From positions 1-64,000 of IMG/VR virus record IMGVR_UViG_3300005613_000015: a stretch of 64,000 bases of DNA; one strand, written 5' to 3'. The translations under genes and the position numbers were made by a program. The notes beneath the pieces are model-generated. The model saw only the letters and a program-made list of their open reading frames with translations. It searched no databases and was not told the DNA's origin. Source of the DNA: a virus. Below are positions 22,942 through 34,529 of the stretch, piece after piece (position 1 is the first letter of the stretch; each line of letters opens with the position of its first letter).

Positions 22942-25281
22942 ATGGCATCCTCAGAAGATAGGCAGTTTTTCGAAGACCTAAACAAAGACCTTGCTAATTC
23001 CCTTAACGACGCTATTTCGAGCGCATTCTCGGACTTTGGGAAAGCTTTTGGCGATAGTGCTTCTCAAAGTATTTCCTCTGCTATATCCAAAGGATTTGAA
23101 GAGTCTGGCTCTGGAAAGTCTGGTGATAAAAAAGAAAAGGACAGAGGAGGTTTCGATAAGCTTTCTTCAGCTTTAGGTAGGTTTGGAAAAGCGTTTGGTA
23201 CGTTAAAAGCTATTGCCAGACCTTTAGACGGCGCAAGCTCTCAAATTAAACAGTTCGGCAATACAATGGCCAGGACTGTTGCTCAAACAGGCAATCACGC
23301 TCTTGTAAACGCTAGGTTACAAAAAGGCGCCATGACTGAGCTAAACAAACTCAATGTAGGTAGTTTAGCACAGACTATCAGTGGCGAGTTCGCAGATTTT
23401 GGAATTGGACTAGGGCAGACTGGTCAGATTTTAGATACCGCCCTAAGAACTAATGCTAAAGTAAATGATAAGGGAACTCAAGAGTTCTTAGCGAGAGCCG
23501 TTGGACTTGGTAATAATTTAGGGCTTGCAACTCAGGCAATTGCAACAAATACAAACTACTTAGGACTATCTACAGACGCTTCGGATAATTTTAATCAAGG
23601 CTTAATCCAAACTGCAAAAGCGAATGGCCGTTTAGCAGACACAATTTTTCAAGCAGTAGAAGCCTTCAAAGAGAATACACGTTCTCAGAATATTGTATTT
23701 GGAACTCAGTTTGCAGGAACTATGCGAAGCGTGGTAGCTGGATTACAGGCCGCTATGCCGGATACAGGAATTATTGATGCTGTTGGTAAAATCACTGGAA
23801 CAGATTTTAAACAGCAACAAGCAACTGCCGCCCTCCTCGCTCGTCTAAATGTCGGAGCTACAACACAAGAACTTTCACAAGACCCAGCCGCGGTTCTCGC
23901 GAAAATGTTCAAAGCTATTGAAGCAGATTTAGGAAGATTCCAAAATGACCCACGGGCTATGGCTTCTCAAATGGAGCTTATGGCTTCTCAAGCAGGGTTA
24001 AGTAAATCTGATATCGAAGCCATTCTAACTCAAAGTGCAGGCAAAAGCACGGGCGAGCTAGAAAAGATTATGCGTAACCAGGCTGGGCAAAAACTTCCAA
24101 CCAGAGAAGAACTTAAGGGGGAGCAGACTGTTGTAGGTGGTTTGAGCGTAGATGCTGCCGAGGCGATGAAAGATGCTAAAATAGCAATTCAGGGTGCCGA
24201 CGTAGCGTTTAACATGCTTTCAACTACAACAGAGGTAGTACGAACAAGTCTTGATGCTTTTGATGGGGCTCTTGCAAAAGTTATGGGAACTATGGCAGGA
24301 ATGTCAACAGGCGTTCAAATGGGCGCGCAAGCCACGGGTGTTATGGGTATGGTCTCAAGTCTTGCCGACATTACCAGTATCGCCGCTGATATTTCTAGAT
24401 TTCGTAGAGGGGGAGGTTTTGGAAAGATTGGCAAAAGTGCGAAAAATATGTTTAGTCGAGTTCGCGGCGCACCTCGTGCAGGAGTACAAGGATTTAAAGG
24501 ACTCCTACGGGGTGCAGGTGAGGCGGTTGGAACTAGCCCTGCTATGGCGGGAGCAGGAGGGTCACGCTTCTTAGGCGTAGCAACCCCCTTCACCAAGACA
24601 GGCCGTGAAATTATGAAAGCACGTTCACTTACGTCTGGAGGTCTTAAAGGAGGGCTTAAAGGCATTTCTAAAAAGATTCCGCTACTTGGCGCTGCTATTG
24701 CAGGCGGTCTTGAGTTGGCTGAGTCTGGCGATAAAAGTAGAGCAGCCGCTACTGCCATAGGTTCAGGTGGCGGCGCAGCCGCAGGGGCGGGTATAGGAGC
24801 CGCTATCGGAACTATGATTTTCCCTGGAGTCGGAACCGCAATTGGTGGGTTGTTGGGCGGTGCCCTCGGCGCTTGGGGAGGTGAAAGCGGCGCTAAAGCT
24901 ATTCACGATAAGTTCGACCCTGAATTTGTTGCAGACCAACAACGAAAAGAACAAGAAGCTGCTGAAGCTGAAAGAGATGCTAAAACTTTCAAAGGAACTC
25001 CTGAAGAGCTTCGGGCAGAGGCAGAGGCTATGGCGATTCAGCAGATGCAGCTAGACGAACAAACCCGACTCAATACAAATATCGAGAAAATGATTGATAT
25101 TCTAAATCAGCCTGGGTACTATGAAGGGGAGAGGGTTAGTGGTATAGGTACTGGCACCTTCCATACTAAAGAGGCATCTTCGCGGTTTGATGAAAGGTAT
25201 GACGATGCGTGGGAGCAAAAAGCGTTCTTAAATGCTTACCACGGAAAGTATATGGAGATTAAGCACGGAGGGGGTAACTGA
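22942..25281 (+). CDS. Tape measure-like protein (779 aa)
   Basis: Ala/Gly-rich helical protein with Gly-zipper segment, directly before the baseplate genes. Confidence 0.75.
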   Translation: MASSEDRQFFEDLNKDLANSLNDAISSAFSDFGKAFGDSASQSISSAISKGFEESGSGKSGDKKEKDRGGFDKLSSALGRFGKAFGTLKAIARPLDGASSQIKQFGNTMARTVAQTGNHALVNARLQKGAMTELNKLNVGSLAQTISGEFADFGIGLGQTGQILDTALRTNAKVNDKGTQEFLARAVGLGNNLGLATQAIATNTNYLGLSTDASDNFNQGLIQTAKANGRLADTIFQAVEAFKENTRSQNIVFGTQFAGTMRSVVAGLQAAMPDTGIIDAVGKITGTDFKQQQATAALLARLNVGATTQELSQDPAAVLAKMFKAIEADLGRFQNDPRAMASQMELMASQAGLSKSDIEAILTQSAGKSTGELEKIMRNQAGQKLPTREELKGEQTVVGGLSVDAAEAMKDAKIAIQGADVAFNMLSTTTEVVRTSLDAFDGALAKVMGTMAGMSTGVQMGAQATGVMGMVSSLADITSIAADISRFRRGGGFGKIGKSAKNMFSRVRGAPRAGVQGFKGLLRGAGEAVGTSPAMAGAGGSRFLGVATPFTKTGREIMKARSLTSGGLKGGLKGISKKIPLLGAAIAGGLELAESGDKSRAAATAIGSGGGAAAGAGIGAAIGTMIFPGVGTAIGGLLGGALGAWGGESGAKAIHDKFDPEFVADQQRKEQEAAEAERDAKTFKGTPEELRAEAEAMAIQQMQLDEQTRLNTNIEKMIDILNQPGYYEGERVSGIGTGTFHTKEASSRFDERYDDAWEQKAFLNAYHGKYMEIKHGGGN

Positions 25282-26690
25282 TGGGACTTCTAGACGGAAT
25301 TACAAATAAAATAGATGAGATTTTAGATAAAACTATAAATAAACTTCCTACCCTAGGAGCGTCCAAACCAATGTACCAACCAATTCCCAAAGGTACTATG
25401 GAAATCAGGGATATCAGCCCAGGGAGTGCTCCACAGTTAGGAAGCGATGTATTGAGTCCTCTTCCGAGCGCTCAAAATAACGTTGATGAAGTTTCAGATT
25501 TCACCAACCTACCGCCTAAAGGGTCGTTGGTTAAAAGTCCTGTAAAAACAATTTATAACGGTACGGAAGCTCAAGTCCCTCCTCGAACGCCTAATCAACC
25601 CGAGACAGGAGCAGGAGCAAAGCCTGGTTCAATGCTCCGTCCAATTCCAAGAAGAGTTTCTTCAAACGATGCAAATGGAACAATTCTAGGGGTTAATGAG
25701 ATTGGTATTGTTGATGATACTATCAAACGGCGATACCAAGAAGCTGAATGGAACGGTATTATTAAAGAGAACACTGCAAGAATTAATACTGTATTAGAAG
25801 AGCGGTCGTATTTAGATTTCTACTTTCCAAACCAAGCACTAGGTACAAGGCGGGTTGCATTCTTTGAAAACCCTTCGATTCAAGAACAGCGTTCTGCCCG
25901 ATACGCACAGCAGAATATTCTTTCTCGTAATGAGCCCGTACGTTTATACGTTGGTTCTGATGCAAGACGAGTAACTTTACGCTTTAACTATACGCTCCCT
26001 CATGTCGCAGCATTTTGGGCTGAGGTTGGAAGACCCCCTATTGGAAAGTTTAATAAAGAGGTGCTAAACCAATATAAAATGGCTACAAAGCTTGCCATTG
26101 AGAAATTTTTTATTGGAGTAAATGTTAAGCTTAATGACGGGGGTAAAACAACGTTTACTAACTACGGCTCAACAGGCCCTAGACTTACAGATTCAGATGG
26201 AAAGGGTAGTGGAAATTCAAGTACTGGATATTTAAACGTTCCGTTTGTTGTTGGTCTTTTTTCTAATTGGTCTACAGACGCTAACTCGATGGATACTCCT
26301 ATTATGGCAGCAGCCCACTATACGCAGTACGCTATTGATACTATCCGTGCATCTGTTGTAGGCGACCTAACTAAAATTGGCCCTCAAGGACCTCCTATTG
26401 TACGGCTACGTCACGGCACGGTGTTTGATGAAGCGCCTTTTATTGTTAAAACCTTTTCGATAAGCTACCCCCAAGATAAAGGTTATGAAGTGAAAACTCT
26501 ATACCCACGGGTAATTTCATTTGATTTACAGTTAGAGGAGTTCAGACAAACTCATGGCAGTCATCACGGCGATACTTTAGAGCAATTACCGGGAGCTTCA
26601 GACATTATTGATTTAGGGCTTAAGTTCCCTCCTGTTGACCCTGGTGATGGGTACAACACAGATAGAGCAACATACAACAGACAGGTATAG
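25281..26690 (+). CDS. Tail tube initiator / baseplate protein (gp48/gp54-like)
   Basis: IQEQRSARY....ILSRNEP...Y.GS..R.VTLRF, PPIVRL; position after tape measure. Confidence 0.65.
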   Translation: MGLLDGITNKIDEILDKTINKLPTLGASKPMYQPIPKGTMEIRDISPGSAPQLGSDVLSPLPSAQNNVDEVSDFTNLPPKGSLVKSPVKTIYNGTEAQVPPRTPNQPETGAGAKPGSMLRPIPRRVSSNDANGTILGVNEIGIVDDTIKRRYQEAEWNGIIKENTARINTVLEERSYLDFYFPNQALGTRRVAFFENPSIQEQRSARYAQQNILSRNEPVRLYVGSDARRVTLRFNYTLPHVAAFWAEVGRPPIGKFNKEVLNQYKMATKLAIEKFFIGVNVKLNDGGKTTFTNYGSTGPRLTDSDGKGSGNSSTGYLNVPFVVGLFSNWSTDANSMDTPIMAAAHYTQYAIDTIRASVVGDLTKIGPQGPPIVRLRHGTVFDEAPFIVKTFSISYPQDKGYEVKTLYPRVISFDLQLEEFRQTHGSHHGDTLEQLPGASDIIDLGLKFPPVDPGDGYNTDRATYNRQV

Positions 26691-26692
26691 TT

Positions 26693-26995
26693 ATGGTAAA
26701 GGTAAAAACATCTCGCTACGTATCGTACTCTCCGCTCAATCGTCAACACCGGGGTAAACCTTTTTTAGATTTAGTTAATTCTGAATCATGGAAAACGTTT
26801 ATTACAGAAAATTTAGATAAGTATCAGTATAAGATTGCAGTGATTCCGGCTACGATGGAATATCGCCCTGATGTTATCTCTTTTTCAATTTACGGCACGG
26901 AAAAATTATGGTGGCTTATTTGTGCGGCAAATGGAATTATTGACCCGAATACAGAATTAGTTGCTGGAAAGCAGATTAGAATTCCTATAATATAA
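26693..26995 (+). CDS. LysM-like baseplate wedge protein (gp53/gpX-like)
   Basis: RPDVIS..IYG...LWWLI..ANGI.DP..EL..G..IRIP. Confidence 0.85.
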   Translation: MVKVKTSRYVSYSPLNRQHRGKPFLDLVNSESWKTFITENLDKYQYKIAVIPATMEYRPDVISFSIYGTEKLWWLICAANGIIDPNTELVAGKQIRIPII

Positions 26996-26998
26996 CAC

Positions 26999-29830
26999 AT
27001 GTCTAGGATTGGTTACAGAACGACTGCGCCCGCACAGGTATTTTTATCCTTTAACTATGAAGCGTTATTGGACACGGGTGCGGGTATAAGTAATTATGAT
27101 GACCCTCTGAACCTGAAGGATACTTTTTTATCCTTTGAGTACACCCCCGCAAACACTCCGAATGCACAGGGTAGTCACATTAAGATTGTTCTGATTAACC
27201 CGAATACAAATATTGAAAAGCTTCTATTCTCAAAGTATGCCGCATTTACTCCAAGAGCTTGGAAGTCGCAAGATGAGGTGTTTCAAGAGCTTCGCGAGAA
27301 TAGCCGAAAACTAGACACAGCGTACATTCGCTGGGGTTACGTATCTGACGACCCAGATGACGCTACAAAAGATAAAACAGCTTTATCGCATATCCATAGA
27401 ATTCATCTCATTGAGATTGATTACGATATTAACAGCAATCAAGATAGACTTGTTACTCTACGCTTCTCGGACTCCTTTGATACTTTCCTGAGAGGTTATA
27501 TAAAATCTAACATAGAATTACCTCCATTCTCGGTTACTTTAACTGACAACGACAATAAGCTGCGTAAGATTAGTGATGTGGTAGGTGAAAGGCTTCTAAA
27601 TGTGCTTGGCATGGCGGACGGGTATGAGTTTGTAAACAACATGTCCAGCGCGCACAGAGATTCTTTAGACGAAGCTTTACGAGGAGCTTTAGCGACTCTT
27701 ACAAATAAAGAGCTTGATTCGGTTCCATCACTTGCAGGTAAGCAAATGCCCTCACTGGTTGATATGCCGCTTGTTCTTGCCCCCCAAGAAAATGTTAATG
27801 ATGACGACGTAAAAAATACATTATCCGCATATCAGAAGTTTTTGCACTTTTTAGGAGGGTCTTTACGAGTTCCTACAGAAGATGGTGATGCGATTGCAAC
27901 TGTTGATGGGGAGTCTGTTGAGCTTACAAAGATTCCAGAACCGCAGCCTTCTTTAAATTCTGAGGGAGTAGAAAATGCAGGAACTTTAGATAACCCGAAC
28001 ACAAAAGCAGCCAGCCAGGCTAAGGTCGCGGCAACTGCTGACCCAGACGAAAAACATCATGTATATTTTGAATCAATAGGATTTCATCATATTGACAAGA
28101 ATCCATATTCTCGATATCCAGGAGGAAACCCTGATGAAACCCCCTACTCCGCGCCTTTTAAATACTTGTATTTTTTATGTACGTATGATTCTGAAACAGG
28201 TATTAAAACCAAGTTTACTTTAGACGAGCTTAGACAAATGTACGGGGATATGGTTAGCCCGTACGGACCAGCAGGGCAGACCAACAATCAGAATTATAAA
28301 TACATGTTCATTAATCAGCCAGCCTACAACGCTTCAAAAAAAGAGGAGGGCGGCTTCTGGTGGTGGTCGGATAGTGCAGAGAAGGCTCAAGAAAAGTTTA
28401 TTGCATATAATGCAGACGGTGATAAGATGATATCATATGGTGCAGCCCGTGCCCAGCTTTGGACGACGATTCAATTGCTTGAAGCAAGATACGCTGAAGC
28501 TGCCGCCCCTGTTGAAGATGTCGAACATGCAGCCGCAGTACAAGATACGTCCGAAGCGTATGAAGAATCAGGAGGGCAAAAAGAAAAATCCCCAGTCCCT
28601 GCGGCTGAAAAAAAATACACCGCTCTTTTTGAGAATCAAGGAAATCCCATTCAGATTCTGGGTTCGCTCGTCGGAATGTTAAATGAGTCTATTCTCAGGT
28701 ATGGCTCTTCTAAACTTCTCACCTACGCAAGATTTGAGTATGCGAATATACCTCCTGACCGACGAGAGGATTTTACTAAGGCTATCGGGCATTCCCTGAA
28801 CTTTGAGAGTTATGATGGCGTATTCGTTCTTGGCGATTCGGATGAGCTTGAAAAGTTGACCGAGGCTTTCTCTGAACCTATTAAATCTTTCGCAATTCAG
28901 GTTGCAGAGGACCAGAAAAGGTTGTCTCTGGCTAGTGGGTTCTCAAAGAGAAAGGATAATATTATTACAGGGCTTTCGTTTCGGCAAGATAATGCCAAGA
29001 TGTATACTGCCTTAAGAATGGCACCTTCCTTCAAACAAAAACTGTATGTAGTAGGAAAACGGTTTGAGAGTAAGGAGTACCGAGATACTATTGCACAAGC
29101 AGTTTATTTTGATTGGGGCGCGTTGAATGGTGCTAACAACCAACCGAGCGACTCCTCAAAATCAGATGTAGATGCACGTTCAGTCCCTCCCGACGCCTTC
29201 GCTGATGATGTTATTGAACACAATCTAAAGGCCGCGCTAAGCTATTCTGATACGAATAATGGAGATAGCCAGAACCCAGACATCCCGAAACTTACAAAAG
29301 AAATAAAAGAGGATTTAAAGTTCATTCTTGATAATAGCTTTATGGATATATTCTTTCCTTTAAAGGACGGTAGCCAAAGCCAAGTAAGCGTTAAATCAAA
29401 TAGTGGAGAAGACGAGTTAGTTTCTACAAAAAAAATTCCATTTTATCGCACGATAGGAGCCTCCCCCCTAGCTGCACTTACTTCCAAAACAAAAAGCGAA
29501 GATGAAGAGAAAGCACTTCTTTATGCAGCAAAAATGCAAGCTTTAAGTCAGTTACAAAATACTATAACTGATGTAGAAATAACAACTTTAGGAGTGCCTG
29601 AGCTAGACCTATTACCACAAGAAATGGCAACTAGAAAAGTTGCTTTGTGGGTAGCAGAACCAAGGTCTCCTGGAGAGTATAATTGGATTACTGGAACATA
29701 TACAATACAAAATCTTTCCCATAAAATTGACGAGTCTGGATACACAAGTAGTTTTACCATGTACCCGTGGAGACCTCAAATTTCTGAGGATTTAGTAAAA
29801 CACCAAACAGCATTTTTGAGCGATGATTAG
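26999..29830 (+). CDS. Baseplate hub protein (gp27/gpD-like) with large insertions
   Basis: YIRWGY near N-terminus; EITTLGVPEL...TGTY.I..LSHKI...GYTSSF at C-terminus. Confidence 0.65.
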   Translation: MSRIGYRTTAPAQVFLSFNYEALLDTGAGISNYDDPLNLKDTFLSFEYTPANTPNAQGSHIKIVLINPNTNIEKLLFSKYAAFTPRAWKSQDEVFQELRENSRKLDTAYIRWGYVSDDPDDATKDKTALSHIHRIHLIEIDYDINSNQDRLVTLRFSDSFDTFLRGYIKSNIELPPFSVTLTDNDNKLRKISDVVGERLLNVLGMADGYEFVNNMSSAHRDSLDEALRGALATLTNKELDSVPSLAGKQMPSLVDMPLVLAPQENVNDDDVKNTLSAYQKFLHFLGGSLRVPTEDGDAIATVDGESVELTKIPEPQPSLNSEGVENAGTLDNPNTKAASQAKVAATADPDEKHHVYFESIGFHHIDKNPYSRYPGGNPDETPYSAPFKYLYFLCTYDSETGIKTKFTLDELRQMYGDMVSPYGPAGQTNNQNYKYMFINQPAYNASKKEEGGFWWWSDSAEKAQEKFIAYNADGDKMISYGAARAQLWTTIQLLEARYAEAAAPVEDVEHAAAVQDTSEAYEESGGQKEKSPVPAAEKKYTALFENQGNPIQILGSLVGMLNESILRYGSSKLLTYARFEYANIPPDRREDFTKAIGHSLNFESYDGVFVLGDSDELEKLTEAFSEPIKSFAIQVAEDQKRLSLASGFSKRKDNIITGLSFRQDNAKMYTALRMAPSFKQKLYVVGKRFESKEYRDTIAQAVYFDWGALNGANNQPSDSSKSDVDARSVPPDAFADDVIEHNLKAALSYSDTNNGDSQNPDIPKLTKEIKEDLKFILDNSFMDIFFPLKDGSQSQVSVKSNSGEDELVSTKKIPFYRTIGASPLAALTSKTKSEDEEKALLYAAKMQALSQLQNTITDVEITTLGVPELDLLPQEMATRKVALWVAEPRSPGEYNWITGTYTIQNLSHKIDESGYTSSFTMYPWRPQISEDLVKHQTAFLSDD

Positions 29831-31001
29831 AGTTGGACGAGTAGTAGAATCTAAAGACCCTCTTGCTGCGGGATGTATCAGAGTAATTCCCTTGGATGCT
29901 CAAGGGACTACGGCTGATTTTGTATGCGCACCCTGCACGCCGAATCTTGGTGGTGGTACAGGATTCCTATCCGTTCCAGGTCCAGGCACCGCTGTACTAT
30001 TCGTACACCTAAAGGAGTTCTCGTACACGCTTGCAGGGGGCGATAACCATAGCTACAATTATGTGTGGCTAGGTGCTCTTGGAGAACAGATTGTTAGCGA
30101 GAAAGGAAGACACCCGCACGGTGCGGATAAGAACGCGGCTGAAAATTGGGATACCTCACAAAGAACAGCCCAGCAAGGAGTCGTTTTAGATACAGGAATA
30201 CCTGAGCCTGATAGAGTTTATGGAAGTAATTTCTATCCCGAGGTTGATATTTGGAAACATCGAAACGGACATAAAATTCTTTTAGCCCATAAAGTAGCCC
30301 TTGATGGAGTAAACGATGATTGCATTTTAGTGCAAGCTCGCTCAGGAAAGAGAATTCACATTGATGACCAAGCCCCTGTTTCTACGGGGGGTGGGGATAG
30401 AATTACAATATGTGACGAAAAAGCCGATAGTACGAGAAATGCAAATCGCATCGAGTTGATTACTTCGAATGATAAACTTGAAGTAGAAACGTTTAGGGAC
30501 CAAGAATACATTTCTAACAAAGGACATCAAAACCATACAATCCTTCATCAGAGTTCAGGACATCAACGTCGCGATAATATGGGAAGCGGCGATATTCTTG
30601 ATACTGTACACCAAGGAAATTATCAGGTTATTGCGAAAAAGAATGTAACTGATATTGCTGAGGAGGAGGATATTCTATACCAAGCCAAGAAAGGCGATAT
30701 TACGATTACGGCAACCCAGGGGAGCATCCTGGAAAATGCCATGACGGAGATTAAAATTCAGGTCATGGGCACTACGATTACCGTCACCCCTACAAGCGTA
30801 TCAGTAGATGCGACCGCAGACATTACTTTGAATGCTCCTTCGATTACATTAAATTCGTCGGAATTTACTGTAAACTCTCCTGCAATGTCGTTTAATGGAG
30901 TCGCATCTCTTTCGCCAACACCATATGGCACTAGTGTTCTTAACACTCACACGCACATCTCCGCGGGCTCCGGCAATTCTACGTCAGAACCTAATACCTG
31001 A
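29823..31001 (+). CDS. Central baseplate spike (gp5/gpV-like)
   Basis: GRVV...DPL..G.IRV OB-fold, G....P.PG..V, beta-repeat region, C-terminal HTH tip motif. Confidence 0.85.
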   Translation: MIRVGRVVESKDPLAAGCIRVIPLDAQGTTADFVCAPCTPNLGGGTGFLSVPGPGTAVLFVHLKEFSYTLAGGDNHSYNYVWLGALGEQIVSEKGRHPHGADKNAAENWDTSQRTAQQGVVLDTGIPEPDRVYGSNFYPEVDIWKHRNGHKILLAHKVALDGVNDDCILVQARSGKRIHIDDQAPVSTGGGDRITICDEKADSTRNANRIELITSNDKLEVETFRDQEYISNKGHQNHTILHQSSGHQRRDNMGSGDILDTVHQGNYQVIAKKNVTDIAEEEDILYQAKKGDITITATQGSILENAMTEIKIQVMGTTITVTPTSVSVDATADITLNAPSITLNSSEFTVNSPAMSFNGVASLSPTPYGTSVLNTHTHISAGSGNSTSEPNT

Positions 31002-31035
31002 TATATATTATTATGAAAGATAGGAGTTTGATGGC

Positions 31036-34000
31036 GTGATTTCTCTTGATACTTTAAAAATGTTACCTTCGACTGCATTAGCGTCGATATCTGACCATTT
31101 CACGGCAGTAGCTCAAGATGCGGCGGCTGAACTGTCTTCGGCTAAAGCACGGGTAGACCGTCTTCTAGGCTACGTTGAAGTTGCAACTACAGAAGGCGGT
31201 ATTGTTGTTACCAAACTGAAAAACTTTGCGGCTGGCGCTGCTAAATACGGGGCTTTTGCGGCAGCAGCTTACTCTGCCGTAAACACTGCCAAAACTCTTC
31301 TAGATGGCGGGCAAGACCCCTATGAGCCTGGTTCTTTACCAGACGACACCATAGCCGATGCAGAAACCTTAGACACCGCTTCAGCCGAAATCAGTACGGA
31401 GCTTCCAAAACCAAACCCTGCTCAATCCGCCATAACGCAGTTAGAATTAGACGCAGCCTCGAATAAAATTACGGCGGCCCAAAACGCGCTTGCTGAGGCG
31501 CTTCAACAGCGTGACCAAGTGAATTCAGTTCTAGCAAAAAGAGCCAGCGGAGAATTGCCAGAACCAAAAGTTAATGTTTCTAAGTTGGCTGAGGCTGTTG
31601 AAAATATTATCAATGGACTTACAGGATACTCTGAAGAAGATAAGAATGTTATTCGCCAGGCAATTGAAAATGCAGCCGCAGTAAACTTAGATAACTTTGA
31701 AAAATATGTACAGGATAGATTAGCTATTCCTTACGCTAGAAACAAAGCGGCTTTAAATATTATTAAAGCCCAGCTTCGTGGAGAAGAGGAGGAAGTAGAG
31801 CCGGACGCTATATTTGATACGGTATACGGACCTCCTATCTCGCAGTCGGGTCGCTTTATTTTATCTGAGGATGGTATTTATTATGATTCCCGTACAGGAA
31901 GTATTCCTTATATTACTGCGCAAAAAATAGATGCACGTTCTTGGGAACTTCGATACGCTGCGAACCGAGGAGGTAAGGGTCAGCTATATTCATCAGGCCG
32001 TATAAATCGCTTTGCCGATACAATTCTATCTGATGATTATAAAAATGAAACGGGAGATGTGCATTTGTTTTATGAACACGATGATGTTCTACAAAACATG
32101 GTTAGCGATAGAGACCTTCAGATTCAGGACGTTTCTGCCAAGATTCAAACCCTGATAGATGAAGGGTACGCTGCATCCTCTGCTATTATAAGAAACTATG
32201 AAGAGAGCTACGCAGCAGTCGCACATACGTATGATAGGAAAATCAAGAAAAGAAAAAAGCAGCTACAGATTGCTGCGCTTTTTGGTCCTTTCGGAATTAC
32301 AAAAGAGGATGCTTTAGTAGGGCCACATAAATTCTACCGAGAGATATCTGTACAGCAAATCAATGTGCCCGATTCTTTATGTGGTTTTGAAGATAAGGTA
32401 ATTGAGATTGATTTTTCAAAAGCCGAACATTTATCTTCAGTTGAATATATCCCGAGAATTCCTGTAAATGATTTTTCATATCTAAAGGACATTGGTTTAA
32501 TCCCAGAGCTTGAACTTCAAAAAGAGATAACTCTAAATTCTTCGGATTTAGACGACACTACAGCACCTCTTGTTCCAACGTATATTACGGCAGGAACTCA
32601 ACCTACTTATGATGCATTCCCCGAGCTTGCAGTCTCTCCTTACGGAACGGCAGACTGGATTACTACCTCTGGAGATACCGACACCTCCACGGTTGTTTCT
32701 AGTACGGTGTCTGGAATTGTACCTTACTTACGCACTCTTGATGATTCGATTGCTACAGATGGGTTAGTTGTTTGTTATAACTTTTTAGAAGCGTCAGCAG
32801 CAGTTGAGCCGAGTTCAAATATTTTTGGTATTAGGAATTATGCCGATACTGGAACTGCGCTTAATGCGAAACTCGTAGGCGCTGCTAGTGCTATTTTTAT
32901 ATCGGGAATTAGTATTCCTTATCTTGGAGGTACTCTCTATAAGCCAGGGCTTAAGTACGGAGCAAAATATGCTTATTTACCGCAAGGGTCTTATGTAAGG
33001 CTGCCGAATAATTATAAGAATGGCAAGGCATATCCTTCAACACAACCGTTAGATGATTTGATGTATAATCCTAACGGATGGTCTATGGAATTTTGGGCGC
33101 ATGTCCCTAACTTATCAGCCAATCTGAACACCGCTCACAGGTATCGTATTGTAGCTGCAAATGAGAATTGTGGAGAGGCTTTAGACCCAACACAAACACC
33201 AGGTATTTTTGCAGACCCGGTTGCAAACAACCCTTCAATAGGTTCTCAAAAGAGGACAAAAGGAATGATTATAGGCTGGCGCGATAGAGGCGACCCAGGG
33301 ACTGCGAATGCAAGCGGGTTAGAGTTTGTTGTCCTTCCAACTCTAGCACAGAATGACCAAGTATGGGGAAAGAGTATTGTGATTGCTGAGTCAGTCTCAG
33401 GGCAAGGTGCTGATGCTGGTTGTAGGCAAGAATTAGGGTTTAAAGTAGATGTAAGCCTCTCTACTAACTCTGGATTTACTATCTCGGCTGCCGATAGCAG
33501 TTTTGCTTATTATAGTATTGTATGCGACCATACATTAAATTCCATTACATTATTTGTAAACGGAGAGTTTTTAACATCCTCGGTTTGTAGTGATGCCTTT
33601 AAAGTAAAGGAAGGCAAGCCGCTACGAATTCCTTCTAAGATAGGTCCTGGGCATTACCATTCATCTTCTATTAATGGTTTATTTGAAAGTCTTTATACAG
33701 GAAATTTACCTGATACTCCTATCTTTACCCCGTGGGTTCTAGGGGGAGGGTTTTCCGATGGTATTACGGATTCTCCCTTCACATCCACTGCAAGTCTTAA
33801 CACTACGCTACCTGGATTCTTAGGTACTAACACCAACACCTCCTATTATCAAGAAGGTCTTGACGCTGGGTTAGGTCCTTACGGACAGCATACTAACGGA
33901 GCCGTGCCAGGATTAGGCGGTTATGATAAAACAGGAGTTTCATACGACATCGCAAGGTCTAGTCTAGAAGGGTATATCGGAAGTTTTAAGATGTATTCAA

Positions 34001-34089
34001 AACCCCTATCTATAGATGAGATTACTAGAAATTATAACGCACAAAGACCATATTTTTCTGGTATCCAAGTTCCTAAAGTATTACTCTAA
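31036..34089 (+). CDS. Large virion protein with LamG/ConA-like C-terminal domain
   Basis: WSMEFW, LFVNGE, GYIGSFKMYSKPLS..EI..NY. Confidence 0.7.
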   Translation: MISLDTLKMLPSTALASISDHFTAVAQDAAAELSSAKARVDRLLGYVEVATTEGGIVVTKLKNFAAGAAKYGAFAAAAYSAVNTAKTLLDGGQDPYEPGSLPDDTIADAETLDTASAEISTELPKPNPAQSAITQLELDAASNKITAAQNALAEALQQRDQVNSVLAKRASGELPEPKVNVSKLAEAVENIINGLTGYSEEDKNVIRQAIENAAAVNLDNFEKYVQDRLAIPYARNKAALNIIKAQLRGEEEEVEPDAIFDTVYGPPISQSGRFILSEDGIYYDSRTGSIPYITAQKIDARSWELRYAANRGGKGQLYSSGRINRFADTILSDDYKNETGDVHLFYEHDDVLQNMVSDRDLQIQDVSAKIQTLIDEGYAASSAIIRNYEESYAAVAHTYDRKIKKRKKQLQIAALFGPFGITKEDALVGPHKFYREISVQQINVPDSLCGFEDKVIEIDFSKAEHLSSVEYIPRIPVNDFSYLKDIGLIPELELQKEITLNSSDLDDTTAPLVPTYITAGTQPTYDAFPELAVSPYGTADWITTSGDTDTSTVVSSTVSGIVPYLRTLDDSIATDGLVVCYNFLEASAAVEPSSNIFGIRNYADTGTALNAKLVGAASAIFISGISIPYLGGTLYKPGLKYGAKYAYLPQGSYVRLPNNYKNGKAYPSTQPLDDLMYNPNGWSMEFWAHVPNLSANLNTAHRYRIVAANENCGEALDPTQTPGIFADPVANNPSIGSQKRTKGMIIGWRDRGDPGTANASGLEFVVLPTLAQNDQVWGKSIVIAESVSGQGADAGCRQELGFKVDVSLSTNSGFTISAADSSFAYYSIVCDHTLNSITLFVNGEFLTSSVCSDAFKVKEGKPLRIPSKIGPGHYHSSSINGLFESLYTGNLPDTPIFTPWVLGGGFSDGITDSPFTSTASLNTTLPGFLGTNTNTSYYQEGLDAGLGPYGQHTNGAVPGLGGYDKTGVSYDIARSSLEGYIGSFKMYSKPLSIDEITRNYNAQRPYFSGIQVPKVLL

Positions 34090-34529
34090 TGTCTACCTAC
34101 GGCGACCTAACCTTCGATACAATTTCTAAAACAAGTACTGTAAAAGGATTACAGTACCCTGTAGACACAGCGAATACAGGAGGAATGTTCTCTAGAAGCT
34201 TTAATGAGCGTGCAATTCGAGACGGCTTATTACAACTGCTTTTAACCCAAAGAGGAGAGAGGCCGATGCGTCTGGATTATGGAACTACCTTAAGAACAGC
34301 TTGTTTTGAGCCATTGGACGGTGCATTACTAGACTCTTTACGAAAATCAATTTTAGCTGCAATTGCAAAGTACGAGCCTAGGATTGTAGTGCGGGATTTT
34401 CAAATTAAGTCGGATGATACAAACTCGCGCATTTTTCTCAAGATGGTTTTTTCAATCAAGAATAATGTCTTCTACACAGACCAAATCGCACTTACAGTAG
34501 ATTCAAAAGGAGTACAATTAAATGGTTAA
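34089..34529 (+). CDS. Baseplate wedge gp25/GPW-like
   Basis: LLLTQRGERPMRLDYGT.L....FEP, I.KYEPRI. Confidence 0.92.
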   Translation: MSTYGDLTFDTISKTSTVKGLQYPVDTANTGGMFSRSFNERAIRDGLLQLLLTQRGERPMRLDYGTTLRTACFEPLDGALLDSLRKSILAAIAKYEPRIVVRDFQIKSDDTNSRIFLKMVFSIKNNVFYTDQIALTVDSKGVQLNG